Assembly: GCA_032718475.1 (NCBI GenBank)
Contig: JAUCBJ010000924.1
Span: 1-64,000, forward strand
Direction of reading: 5' to 3'
DNA length: 64,000 bases
DNA from: Nemertoderma westbladi
Lineage: Eukaryota > Animalia > Xenacoelomorpha
Shown here: piece by piece, positions 50,836 to 63,305 of the stretch
Layout: every line of letters begins with the position of its first letter
How positions within the stretch are numbered: the stretch's first letter is position 1
The notes under the pieces: generated by a model
The model's input: the letters and a program-made list of their open reading frames with translations, nothing else
Told to the model about the DNA's origin: nothing
Databases searched by the model: none
Translations under genes and position numbers: made by a program

Positions 50836-53364
50836 GTGTATGTACTATGTACTATGTTATGGGTGTGTGTATGTACTATGGTGTATTGTGTGTATGCTTT
50901 GTTACTATTGCTTGTTTGGCGGGAGTTTTGAATTGTTTTTTTTTTGTTGGTTTATCTTATTGGAATATTGTACAACTGCAGAACTGCAATATGTTCCGTT
51001 CTTATATTTATCTTAACATATGAGCTCATATATTTCTTTCCACCAATGTTTATCAGTAGGCCTACAATAAATGTATATCAATCAATAAACTATATATTTA
51101 CTGTATATGTAGTATGTAGTATTACACGTTACAATAATAAAAATGAACATATATTTTTTGTACTTCTACTATACATTATAATGATAAAACAGTTGCATAC
51201 GAAGATCGCAGTATAGTAGTGGGAAGCTAGTATTCTGCAGCTTCTGCAGACCTCCTGCAGCTTTTTCAGAAAAAGACCCAAGAATAGCCGAGTTATTCAA
51301 TTTTTAGTAAAACCGAAGTCTTTATCACCAAGGCATGTCACGCCTCTATTGGCCACCTTTCCGATATTTGCCATTATGTACAAAAATAGAGGAATAAACA
51401 GTATTCTTAAATTGATCACCCTAGAGCGCTACGTATAAGTAATATTAACCGAAATATAGTCCCCATCTTCCATGAAGGGTGTACGGTCTTAAATTTATCA
51501 TAAAATTGATCCATCGTGATGAAAGATTATTAATGAACATACTCAACAAATTTTACAATTTCGTAAAAGACACAAGAATAGCTGAGTTATTAAATTTTTC
51601 GTAAAATTGAGGTCTTTATCGCCAAGTTGGGTCTCAAATGGCCACGCCATTACATCATTTGCTTACAATTTTGGGGAATACAAGCTATATTCTTAAATTT
51701 ATCACCTCAGATTGCCATATAATATGTAACATTATTAGCAATAGAGTTTCCCTTATTGTTACATCGTCATCGGAAATATGCCTTTTTTATGCATATTTGT
51801 AATTTATTTATTAATAAAAATGAATTATTGATGGTTTATATATATTTCAATATCCGAAGTGGATGTAGGCCCCTACAGTATTATAATAATTAATAGTTAA
51901 TCGAAAATCGTTAATACAAGTGTAGTTAAAATGATAAACATGTATGAAAGTAGTACGTATAGGCATGGTGATAGGAATATAAAATATAAATAGGCCTATA
52001 TATAAAATAATCTCGTGATCATGGCTGTGTATTCAGAGAAAACGGGGGGAGTGAGTTTAAGAAGTTTTAAAGAAGAGGTATTTCTGTTATTGTATTGTTA
52101 TGGTATTTCTGTATTGACTGCCCAGAGTATTTCACCTTTCATAAAGACATGTAGTCCACCATGTGCTGCTTGCTTGGTATTATGGATTGATATCCCCCAG
52201 CCCACAGAGAACTGTGCCAGCGGATCAAGTTTATCCGCCACCTCTCGGAAAAAAATAAATAATTTTAAAATAATAGATGATAAGGGTAATGGTTACAAAG
52301 ATTACATTTTAGTAAGTCTGAGAGACATTGGCAGACTGGGTAGTGTGGGGGGAGGGGGGGGGGGGGGGTGGCTGGCGTGGCAGGGATGCATTATCGATTT
52401 TCAGGCCCTGGCAGTCGCAACTTACGGGCCCCTACCCTACCCCCCCCCCCCCCCCCCCCCCCTTAAACCCTTCCGGTGGGCCGTCCGTCGCCTTCGGCCT
52501 GTGGCTGGCCGGCGTCGACTGCCGTCGTGTGTCGACTCGCCTTTCTCCCATCTCGACTCGCCCTCTCATTGTAGACGGCCCCCCTCCTCTTTGGTTGCCG
52601 GATCGTTCGTCGACGGATCCGGCGTCGTGGGTCGATACCGTCTCGCCGTTGTCTTGCAGATCGTTAGATCGTCGTCCGGGGTCCGCGGCGGTGTCGTCTT
52701 TCCTTCTCTACTCATTCTCTAGCAGTTAGCTCGGGCCTTTGGATCTTAACACTGTGACGGGATCCACCGAGGATCCCGGTTTATCCGGTTATCTTGACTA
52801 AGCATCCCCGCCATGTATGTGAAAAGGCTGAAAGAGTTCTGATGTTGATCCGTGTATGTATAGATATATAGATAAGATGGAAATAAGCACAGGTGAATAA
52901 GTACCGGTAATGCACTAAATAAGATATGCTGATAGCAGTGGACGGGGATGGTGTTAAGAGTTCCCGTACCACCCTAACTAACTGACTAACTAAGAGTGAA
53001 TGGGATAACATGATGACTGGTAATATATATTGCACGGTTGGCCACGTGGTGTTACTCAGTCGATGCTTTCCCCCCATTGGCTAATAACCCTATTTCACAC
53101 CCTCTGCCCTGCGGGGCTGTTTCCCCCCCCCCCCCCCCCCCCCCCGCTGCTGTTACTTTCCTCTCTCTCAGGGGTGTAACCCCTGACCCCTATTGTGCGT
53201 GTGTTCTCTGGGGCCTATTGTCCCTGCTTACTGGGGTGACACGAGGTTGATTGGTAATCAACCTCGTGCTCCCAATATTGCTTAGAGGCGCTCTTTCCCA
53301 CTTTATGGGGGTTTGGTGAGGCGGAATTGAATACGCTCACACCTGAGATTAGTTATCGGCACCA

Positions 53365-54080
53365 TCGTCAACCCTGGCACCACCAACGGGATTACCGCCC
53401 TCTTCAACCCTGGCGCTGGCACCACCAACGGGATTACCACCCTCTTCAACCCCGGCGCCGGCACCACCAACGGGATTACCGCCCTCTTCAACCCCGGCGC
53501 CGGCGCCACCAATGGGATTACCGCCCTCTTCAACCCCGGCACCGGCACCACCAACGGGATTACCACCCTCTTCAACCCCGGCACCGGCACCACCAACGGG
53601 ATTACCGCATTCTTCAACCCCGGCGCCGGCACCACCAACGGGATTTCCGACTTCCACAACCCCGGCACCACCAACGGGATTACCGCCCTCTTCAACCCCG
53701 GCGCCGGCACCACCAACGGGATTTCCGACTTCCACAACCCCGGCACCACCAACGGGATTACCGCCCTCTTCAACCCCGGCGCTGGCACCACCAACGGGAT
53801 TACCACCCTCTTCAACCCCGGCGCCGGCACCACCAACGGGATTAACGCACTCTTCAACCCCGGCGCCGGCACCACCAACGGGATTTCCGACTTCCACATC
53901 CCCAGCGCTGGCACCACCAATGGGATTTCCAACTTCCACAACCCCGGCGCCGGCACCACCAACGGGATTTCCGACTTCCACAACGCCGGCACCACCAATG
54001 GGATTTCCGACTTCCACAACCCCGGCGCCGGCACCACCAACGGGATTTCCGACTTCCACAACCCCGGCACCACCAATGGG
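53365..54080. repeat. GC-rich 36/42-bp minisatellite (about 17 units), open in most frames
   Basis: GGCACCACCAACGGGATTACCGCCCTCTTCAACCCCGGCGCC and a TTTCCGACTTCCACA variant unit. Confidence 0.95.
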
Positions 54081-54404
54081 AAGAGCTCCGTATATGTGGA
54101 ACGCAAAGTTTATGTTGGCTGCCAGAACTCGCGTCACGTGAAGGCGCGCAGGTTCCACCCCAGAACTGCCTATCAAGTCGGTCGACGTTGCAGATTATCC
54201 CCATCCGAAAATCCACCAACCATTATTTCCGTACCGCTGCAACTCCGCATTAACGTGTTGCCTTGTCTCCCTGTTCGTAACGATCTGTGTTTTCGACTAG
54301 AAATAAATTATTATAGTTTGTATAACATTTATACGGCCTATATTAAATAAGTAAATATTTTAAATTTGGTGCATATTAATGTATATTTATATGCTACAAT
54401 CTGT

Positions 54405-55140
54405 ATTACCAGCGCGGCATACATTACAACTGGTAATAAACTGGAACGGAATGGTAGTAAAATAAATTACTTTGGGATTTATTTGACATGATTATTGGGT
54501 GATATGAACTAATGTTCCAGAATACTACAGGTTCCAGATTATTACCAGCGCGGCATACACTACAACCGGTAATAAAGTGGAGCGAAATGGTAGTAAAATA
54601 AATAAATTGGGGATTTATTTTAAATGATTATTGAGTGATATGAACTAATGTTACAGAATACTACAGGTTCCAGATTATTGCCAGCGCGGCATACACTACA
54701 ACTGGTAATAAACTGGAACGGAATGGTAGTAAAATAAATTACTTTGGGATTTATTTGACATGATTATTGGGTGATATGAACTAATGTTCCAGAATACTAC
54801 AGGTTCCAGATTATTACCAGCGCGACATACACTACAACCGGTAATAAAGTGGAGCGAAATGGTAGTAAAATAAATAAATTGGGGATTTATTTTAAATGAT
54901 TATTGAGTGATATGAACTAATGTTACAGAATACTACAGGTTCCAGATTATTGCCAGCGCGGCATACACTACAACTGGTAATAAACTGTAATGGAATGGTA
55001 GTAAAATAAATTACTTGGGGATTTATTTGAAATGATTATTGAGTGATATGAACTAATGTTCCAGAATACTACAGGTTCCAGATTATTACCAGCGCGGCAT
55101 ACACTACAACTGGTAATAAACTGAAACGGAATGATGGTAG
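54405..55140. repeat. 136-bp satellite, about 5.4 units
   Basis: GGTTCCAGATT recurs at 54530, 54666, 54802, 54938 and 55074. Confidence 0.95.
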
Positions 55141-55209
55141 TGAATTACATTTCTTGTCGTAATTCCTTCCAATTAAAATACTTTTATTACTTAATTACAA
55201 ATTACTTTA

Positions 55210-58200
55210 TTACAAATTAAATATTAATTCATGTATTACAGTTTGGATGAGTAGAAATACATTGTTTGCATTCATGCGCGGATTGAGTCTAAAGTTGATG
55301 GCACCCAATAAATCTTGACGCATTTGTATATTCCCTTGCTCGTCCCCATTGCCAGGGAAACCCATTACAAAGGCAAATGGTTGCCATGGATGGAGGTTTG
55401 TATTGTTCGTTACTACAGTTCCTCGTCCAGTGCAGTGATCTTCAAGGGCTCTCTTTAAATGGGCGGTCTCACCAATGAAATAAACCTCGGGGTATAGAAA
55501 ACTAATTAAAATGTAAGCAAACCCAATAGAGTCGTCGGGGATTTGAATATCACGGTAGAACGTAGTGCGTTGAGATGGTCTGGGCTGTTCTAGAACAGTG
55601 GATAAACCACTGCCAGCAGGGAAATCTCGCAATACGTTCATTTTTTCTAAACACTCCGAGATATATTTCAGGAATGTCGACTTTTGTCGTAATATAATTT
55701 TAATATATTTCATCGTATCTTGCCTACTTCCAATAAAGTACAAGCAATGAAGTCAACAGACTCTGGAGATTATCACCAGCAGTTGGGATTTCAACCAAAG
55801 GTTGTACATGGATCTCTCAGGACCAAGTTGTGTCGCTAAGAGGAGGATTCTAAGTCCAATTATTCGATGGACTGTGACGGCAGCAATATGCTGGACAGGC
55901 CACTGCTCACGACGAGCTTTCTGGACATTTGGTCCAACTTCCACCTCCTCTGAAATCCGTTTACTGAAGCGGACCAATGCATATTGGGTGATATTTGTAA
56001 GGTCAACAGCAGCAACACCAACCGGTACTAACCTACACAAAAGTTTCGGTTCTGTGGCAGTGGGGAGTGCTTCAATCACTACGAGCTGACCCTGTGAGAA
56101 CGTTTGGCCACTCACATTACCATTGAAAGTAACACGCATTACGGCTCCAACTGGAATGAGGAGGGACCGTGCTTCCCTCACAGCATTGTCCAATAATGTG
56201 GAGACCCGGTCTGTGGCCTTTAACCAGGCACCAACATGGCTCTCCATCTCGTCGTTAGACGTATATGTCTCACACACAAGTCCAGGTTGTTGGCGAAGTG
56301 ACTGCAGGTAATTCGCGGTCGCTTCACGTTCAGCCTTTAGCTTTCCAACAACCCTTGTGGAGCCAGCTGGAACGTCGTCCCAAGAATCAACAAAGTGAGC
56401 CCTGGTGGAAATGAGGTCAATGGCTCGATCTTCTTCAAGTTCGGAGATCTCATGGGATCGAAGTATCTGGATTACTTCCTGGAGTTCAGGATCTGCGGCT
56501 GAGCGGACATAAGATTTAAGTAAAATTACTTTGTACAAGGTGAGGAACTGAGGGGAGAGCCAAAATAGTGAACCGCGAACTGGAGAGAGTTGCTCGCTGT
56601 CTCCAGAACAGATTACAAGTTTTCCACCGAATGGGATTTTAGTCTTTGTAATAGTTTTCAGAATTTGGTCAAGAGTGGAAATCCATTCTGATGGAAATAG
56701 ACCAATTTCATCTATTAAAATTATACATTTGCTCTACAGCAAATACAGCTTGCCAACACATTGTTACTATCAATAATCTATTAAAATGACATCCAGGCGG
56801 TTTAGTATCGCGTATTTCTTACTTTTCACAAGAGTGAGAAGGCAGTCTTCTGATAAAGTTTTAACCTGCATGGTTTTGTCAGATTTACTCCCACTAAGGC
56901 CGATCATAGAGTGGAAGTGTACCCCACCAAGTTCTCTCGCTTTATTGCTAGTTATTGCCGTTACAGCCAGACGCAACCCTCGAGAAATGGCATAAGCTCC
57001 AACTTGGAGCATTATTTGTGTCTTACCGACACCAGGAGGACCAACAAAAACGAGAGGGTTGACAAAATTGCTTTGAGGATCGCGGTACTTATTTATGCCG
57101 TCAATTCCAATACGTAGAGCATCAGTTTGTTCGTGATACGATACATCTGATTGGTCACGGTGGCGGGATAGATAAGGCAGCCAATCAGAGGGAACATCAC
57201 GGGTAATAACGGCGATACCTGGAGGAATGTCGATAGTTTTCTCACGTAGAGCAACTATAAATGAGTCCTTGGCCTTCCTCTCATAGGTTATTACCTCTGC
57301 GGTCTCCCTCTGTCGGAACAGACACTCCTGGGCCAAGGGCAGACTACTGTACTCGAGGGAGTTGCTTAGCAACAACACCTTGAGGACTCTGTCTGCGGCT
57401 TCAAACATCTTATTATACTGTCTATGCGATATAGCGTAGTGGTATAACTGCTCATCCACATAGCGTCGGAATATGTTGTTATAATCGTCTTGGGTTATAC
57501 AACAGGAGTCAGGGTTGAGTTTACTGTACTCAAAACTATCAACATAGTTAAGTTTATATAAATCCTGTTCGGTTTCGAACTCACCTAGGGATAGTAAGAG
57601 GTGTTGGAGAAATTTATCTGTAGAGAATGGCGTGATAGAGGTGAAAACAACGATTGCGGGTTTGGTTTGTGATTTATTTACGAATCGTTGAATGTGTGGG
57701 CGACTGTTCTGTAGTATAGGATCTAAAACTTCGTCTAGTAACTCAGCAGCTAGAGCGACTCCGTTGTTAGCTTGGATTTGAAGGTGTTCGGCTGCCTTCA
57801 CAACACCAGACGCTCATAGTTTAACTTTATTGCCCAGTCCATTTATCCATTCCGACTCTCCAAACTCCAATGAAATTTTATGATCTTTATTCGATTCAGA
57901 AGTGAAACATTTATGGTAGATTTCAAGAGACTGGAAAGTATTTCATAATTCTGGTGGTCTTAGGTTAAACTTAGTTATGTAATCTGCGCAATATGAGCTC
58001 TTTATATAATCTTTGATCAGCAGTTCTTGTGAAGCTGTAAACTGTCTGGCCAGTGGTAGTGCAGCTCGCTCAACTACAGGTTTGAGTTGGTCATTGTTTA
58101 TTATTATTCTTTGACTCTTCTGGATTGGATATTTGTGAAGAAATCCACTTCGGTTTTCTGGAATGACACTTTGAATATGGAGGAATTGGACATTGGTGTT

Positions 58201-60902
58201 AAAGTAACCCAGATTAAGGCAGTGGAAGACTAGTTCAGGTACCCCAATATTTCTAGTGGTGAATCCTTTGTCCTTGGTTGACCTTTTCTGTTCGGCTAAT
58301 CTGGCCCCTGTAATTTTTTCATTTACAATTGGCCTTTGTTGGCCAACAAACTTACCAGGCTCCTTAGTTTCTTTGATAATATATTTGGTATGCTCTTCCT
58401 TTCCAACCTCATATTTTAAAAGGTAGGCTTTCTGCATTCTATAATCGCAGACTTGTAGGTTGGTGCATGATCGAAGGAAGGTGAATAGTCTGGTGTTGGT
58501 CGGGACAAAGAATTCACCACTGGAAGCGGGGTACTGATGTTGTCCACCACTATATATTTCAATTGGGACAAGTCTATCCAGCCTCTCGTCTCTAATGGCT
58601 AGACCCAGTTCTGCCATCCTCAACAACGTCGCTTCTTTATATAAACCCTCCCGTTCCTTAAAAAAGGTCTTGAAACGTTCTGGGTAACGGGTGTTGCAGC
58701 ATATTGGTTTACCTTTGGTGTCTGTATATTTACAGCAGCGGCCACCAGCGGAATTGCAGTTATGTGTTTGGAGATACTGCAGGTGATTTAGAAACTTGTG
58801 TATTTCTTTATGTTCCATAACCCCATCCCTTACCAAGGTCTCGAAATCAGTGTTGAATGAGTCATGGAATAAACTTTTTGACTGGCAGCAGACTCGGCTG
58901 AGTGTCTCCGACTTGTCCTCCGGGTATAATGTTATTCCCATGTGGATGTGGGGTTTATTGCCGAGGGCATTCTGATCCTGGAACTCATACCGCCAGAAAT
59001 AATTACGAACATGCCCTATTGGGCGCTGCGGACTGTCCATGATCCATCCATGACATGAGTCACGGTGCGATGTCAGGCACGAAGTAACAGGACAAAATGG
59101 CCCTCCAGTTGTTCTGCACACTCCGTGGGGGTGGCGACAGCGCACCTGTCAACGATGGCATTGTAGAGGGGAGCGACACCAGGAGTCTCGGAATCGTTAC
59201 AAGTTAATGTTACGAAGTAATCCCAGGCTCCATCCTTGGTTAGGGCTGCAAGTTCATTCAATTTACGACGGGAGTCAATCTCATCTAAGTTGAGCTTGCT
59301 CTCTGGGAAGGAGTATCCGATTTCTTTGGGGTCAACCATGAACTCCAATCCCCGTTTTAAAACCAATGTTGGAGCATTTACTGATAGTTGTTTGTTCAAC
59401 AGAGTTGAAAAGGCCGAGGATATATATGACAATGTAGTGGATGTTGGAATGGTGTTGTCCCTAAGTCGAATGGATAGGTGGTCTTCCAGACTGGCCAGAC
59501 CTCTTTTGGTGTCCGTTCTACCACTGTACATGATGGATGGCATTGCTCCAACAACGGAATTAAATTTGGAGCAGTAGAAAAGTGTTGGATATAAGATACC
59601 ATCAGGATATGTAAGAGGTACAGTTCCATCACGGCTGAGGGAGATGATGTGGTGCATCAGTCTATTAAAGGAGGCGTTATTTGGGGGTTGGTGACGCCGA
59701 CGGAGCACACCAAGTTCATTGTTGAGGAGTAGATGGATGTGGGAGGACCGATTTACATCATAGATAGGGATTCGATCCATCCTTGCTAATAGAGTTCCGT
59801 GGTCTCTATCAGCATCCATTATCTCATTACACCCGAGAACCCCCATACTAAAATCTATGTTCTCAAAGTCCCTCTCTGGGTCGTCTTTAATGTCCTCATC
59901 GAGGAATATATACAATGGATCCTCATCCACGACTGGTAACTCTCTATCAGCAATGTTGCCATCGGGAATAACGTCGTCAACATGGGGAGTTGTATTACGT
60001 TGCACATGGACATTCTGCCCCTTCTTAAGTGTTTCCGTGTTTAAAACACAAACCTGTACGGCAGTGTACAAAGGGAAGACCCCAAGGACAGTGCCATCTC
60101 GCCCTTTGGTTACAGTTGGGGATAGAGCAGAGAGACTCGTTTGAGAGGTGCTGGTGTGTCAGAGACAGTCTCTGTGGGAGGAGCATCGCATAGTAGATTG
60201 GCCGGCAAAATGGGACAGTAGAGAGCTTGAAAGATTGTGATCCACCTTCTTTACAAATATTAATAATTCAAAATGTTTGAAGGTGGAATTCGTTGAAATT
60301 TCGAGATTAGTAATTTCCTTGGCTTTGCTGTCCTGGAAGGAATAGTTGTCGTTCCATCGAAATACCATTGCAGATGCAGTTGCTATAGCCGGAAGATAGT
60401 AGAGGTCATTGTGAAGAATAACACTCTGATTTTGTGGAGGTATCAAAGGGCATTCCAGAACACCTCCAAAAAATCGCCATGTTCCATTACGAATAAACAA
60501 TTCAATAGGGTCCCCATTGGAGTTGTTCAATTCCTGCCGAATGGAGATCCCAGGGATGGTGGCTAGAACTGTAGCGCTTTCTGTTAAAATGGAGACTTGT
60601 GCATGGACATCTGTTACATCGTGTAAGGTCTCCTCGAGTTGATTTTTAAATGAGTACCTCACTTTATTTAGTGCAGAATACACGTTTGCGGTTTGCGGTC
60701 CCCAGTTTGCGGTCTAAGACGAGACTCGGTGCCACTTCCCAAGAAAGTAATGTCGACCGAATCAACCAATCCTCCCATGTACCTTGTGCCAGATGAGGTT
60801 TCGGTTTAAACCAGGAGAAACTGGGGATCCACAAATGTAGAAAGTGGTGTAACTGTAGGAGGTTTCCCTCGTCTATGAACTCCCCACAACCCATAGGGCA
60901 CC
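55210..60902 (-). pseudogene. Helitron-like element copy C: HUH Rep + PIF1 helicase + C-terminal GIY-YIG, frameshifted
   Basis: Rep motif 1 YFVTLTCN (about 59200), motif 2 YFWRYEFQ..KPHIH (about 58960), motif 3 YLLKY (about 58420). Helicase: GPPGVGKT (about 57030), ILIDEIG (about 56710), PFGGK..GDSEQL, YVRS..D, REQWP..AVTVHRIIG, QLLVIISRV. Then GFAYIL..YFIGET..LKRALEDH.TGRG..T..HPW. Confidence 0.9.
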
Positions 60903-62930
60903 ATGTATACATGAAAAATGTAATTTTTGTCATACCCCCTTGGAAGTGTGGGAAAATACGGACCTATATGTCAAATGAAATTCAGCCAAATGTGATCGAG
61001 ATCTGTCAAGGGGATCATCTGTCATACTCGACTTATATTTTTCAACTTTTTGGCACATTTTGGACTATCTTAGCGCTTTTGCGGTCTTTAGAAAAAGTGA
61101 TGTTGGAACGCTCGAATGTAAAAGAAATAGTTGTAATTTCTTGCAAGCATGTACAGAACTACATATAATTAATTGGCAAAGTATATAGAGTAATGTGGCA
61201 TATTGAAAATAGATGCCTATGACATACCGGTGTCCGGTATGTTATAGTAAGTTGTTCATTTAACTTTTGGTCAGCTTCGCTCTATAGTTTGAAGTCTTGT
61301 TTGGTATCGAATATGGGGCGCTGTGCCATTGCCATGATTTTGTTATGAATGACACCAATTCTTGCCTCTGATCCAACCACATTTATAGAAGCCTCAGTGA
61401 GCAGTTTGATCATTCTCTCAACTCCCTGGGTGTGGCAATGATATGGTGCAAAAGTATCTGGAGGCTTTGAATCGGCAAACTGCTGCAGCTCAACATTTGA
61501 AAGAGAAATCGTAAGAGGGGGTTCAGTGACAACGTTTGATGATGGAGACCACCAATCAACCATTTCATTGTAATCGCCAGCATCAAAATTAAGACATGGC
61601 ACAACAAACTGCCGCACAATGCCTGAATGCTTTGTGGCTGATTCTCGACACTTTATTATTCGACGAACAGCCAACTGGCGAATAGATGGTCGATCATCAT
61701 GCAGCATCGCTATCAGAATACTCTCGGGATGTGCATGATAGGCATTCCGCTGAAGCACAGGGTCGACTATCTGTCTGATCTCAACAGAAAACGACCGGCT
61801 CCAGTTCAAGAGAAAGAAAAAATTTATAGCTCCATCCTTCAGCATTTGGTTCTTCTTGATAAGGAACCACACAGGAGCATATAACTTGATGATATAGCAA
61901 ACAAGTTCATTGAGGGTGGCTGATGGGTCAGGAGTACCGATATACAATCGACAGATTCTATTGGCCATTGTCACCCACCATGAGTGTGAGAGTCTCCCAG
62001 GTTTTAGAGCTATCAATCTACCACTACACACACCTGAGATGATTGCTTGGCAGATCTGATAGAGATATTTCTGATCTGTGCTTAGATCTGATGATATGCT
62101 CTCAGGCATTTCGGGAAAGTTGTCAGAATCTAGCTTTGTATAATTTGCCTTTGGTAAATTAAGAAGAGCTGTGGATGACTTGATCTGTTTCCCAATAGGC
62201 CCCTTGAAGGAGTTTGGGCCTTCAGTTGGACCATCTAACTGATGTACTAAATGCCGTAGTGGCAGCTCATTAATGTGCAGTAAGCAGATGATCCATTGCA
62301 CTGGAGATTGTATGTGTTCCTCTAGCAGCCTTATAACACCTCCAATCCTTCCCGTATTAACGTTGGTTCCATCACAACCTAAAGCTTCCACCCTTGATAA
62401 ATTCAACTCAGAATCCAACAATCTCACGGCATATGGAAGATGAAGATCCAGTTGGAGGTGATACATGACCAAGAAACACATTATTTGGCTCACCTACAAG
62501 CACATAGTGCTCTTCTCTAGCCATTTTAACGTTCCCAGTGGCTGGGTCCCTCACTAAGGTACTGTCTCTGCGCCCATCAAAGAACAGTGCTTTAGGAGGT
62601 ATTGATTGACATTCCATATGGCATGCTTCATTTGTTTCATCTCGTAGTCTCTTCCTTCACCTACGAATCTTGCTACGATCAATCACATTACTCAAATGAA
62701 ATTCTCCTGTGACATCAATTACTGCTGCTGTTGCTATAGCTGCGGCAGCATGGTCCGAGATTCCATATCTCTCAGTTTCACGGGACACAGATTGAAGCCC
62801 AATGCGAGTTTGTGTATTTGTAGATGTAGATGCAGTATGATAGCAAACATAATTAGCATCAGATGTAGTATCTGAGTCGCTACCATCTCCAATGCTAACA
62901 TCATGGGAACTAGCATGACTGCTGTCCACT
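60903..62930 (-). mobile_element. hAT-superfamily (hATx/hATm-like) DNA transposon with decayed transposase, abutting copy C
   Basis: RYGISD.AAAAIATA..IDRSKIRR; FDGRRD..EEH..GEP..GH; GCDGTNVNTG..CLLHINELPLRHL..DG; LSTDQKYL; NAYHAHPE; HTQGVER..VTEAS-like. Homology of copy C to copy A stops at GGGCACC (60902). Confidence 0.8.
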
Positions 62931-62964
62931 GGGTTTTCTTGAGTTATGTCCCCTATAAGCATGA

Positions 62965-63305
62965 ACACGTCTAAAACACGTGGCTACGACGTAATTATTT
63001 GACATCAACGTGTTGAAAATGACGTCCTGGCTACGTGTATTTTGGAAGTGTCAAACACGTGTTTTAGCACGACAAACCATGACGTGCTACAGTTTACGTC
63101 AAATGACTTGCTAGACACGTGTCAATTACGTCATCAGACGTCAAATACTACACTGGAACACCACACAAGCACGTCAAATGACGTGCTAGGCACGTACCAA
63201 TAACAGACGCCAAATAACTACACCACACAAGCACGTCAAATGACGTACTAGACACGTACCAATAACAGACGCCAAATAACTACACCACACAAGCACGTAC
63301 GCGTC
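62965..63305. repeat. ACGT-rich subterminal-type repeats with a 59-bp duplication
   Basis: Repeated ACGTCAAATGACGT and CACGT motifs; ACACCACACAAGCACGT recurs at about 63159, 63220 and 63282. Confidence 0.65.

Noticed and set aside
52015-52729. 235-aa ORF
   Set aside because: Spans poly-G/poly-C runs and compositionally unrelated blocks; no recognisable domain.
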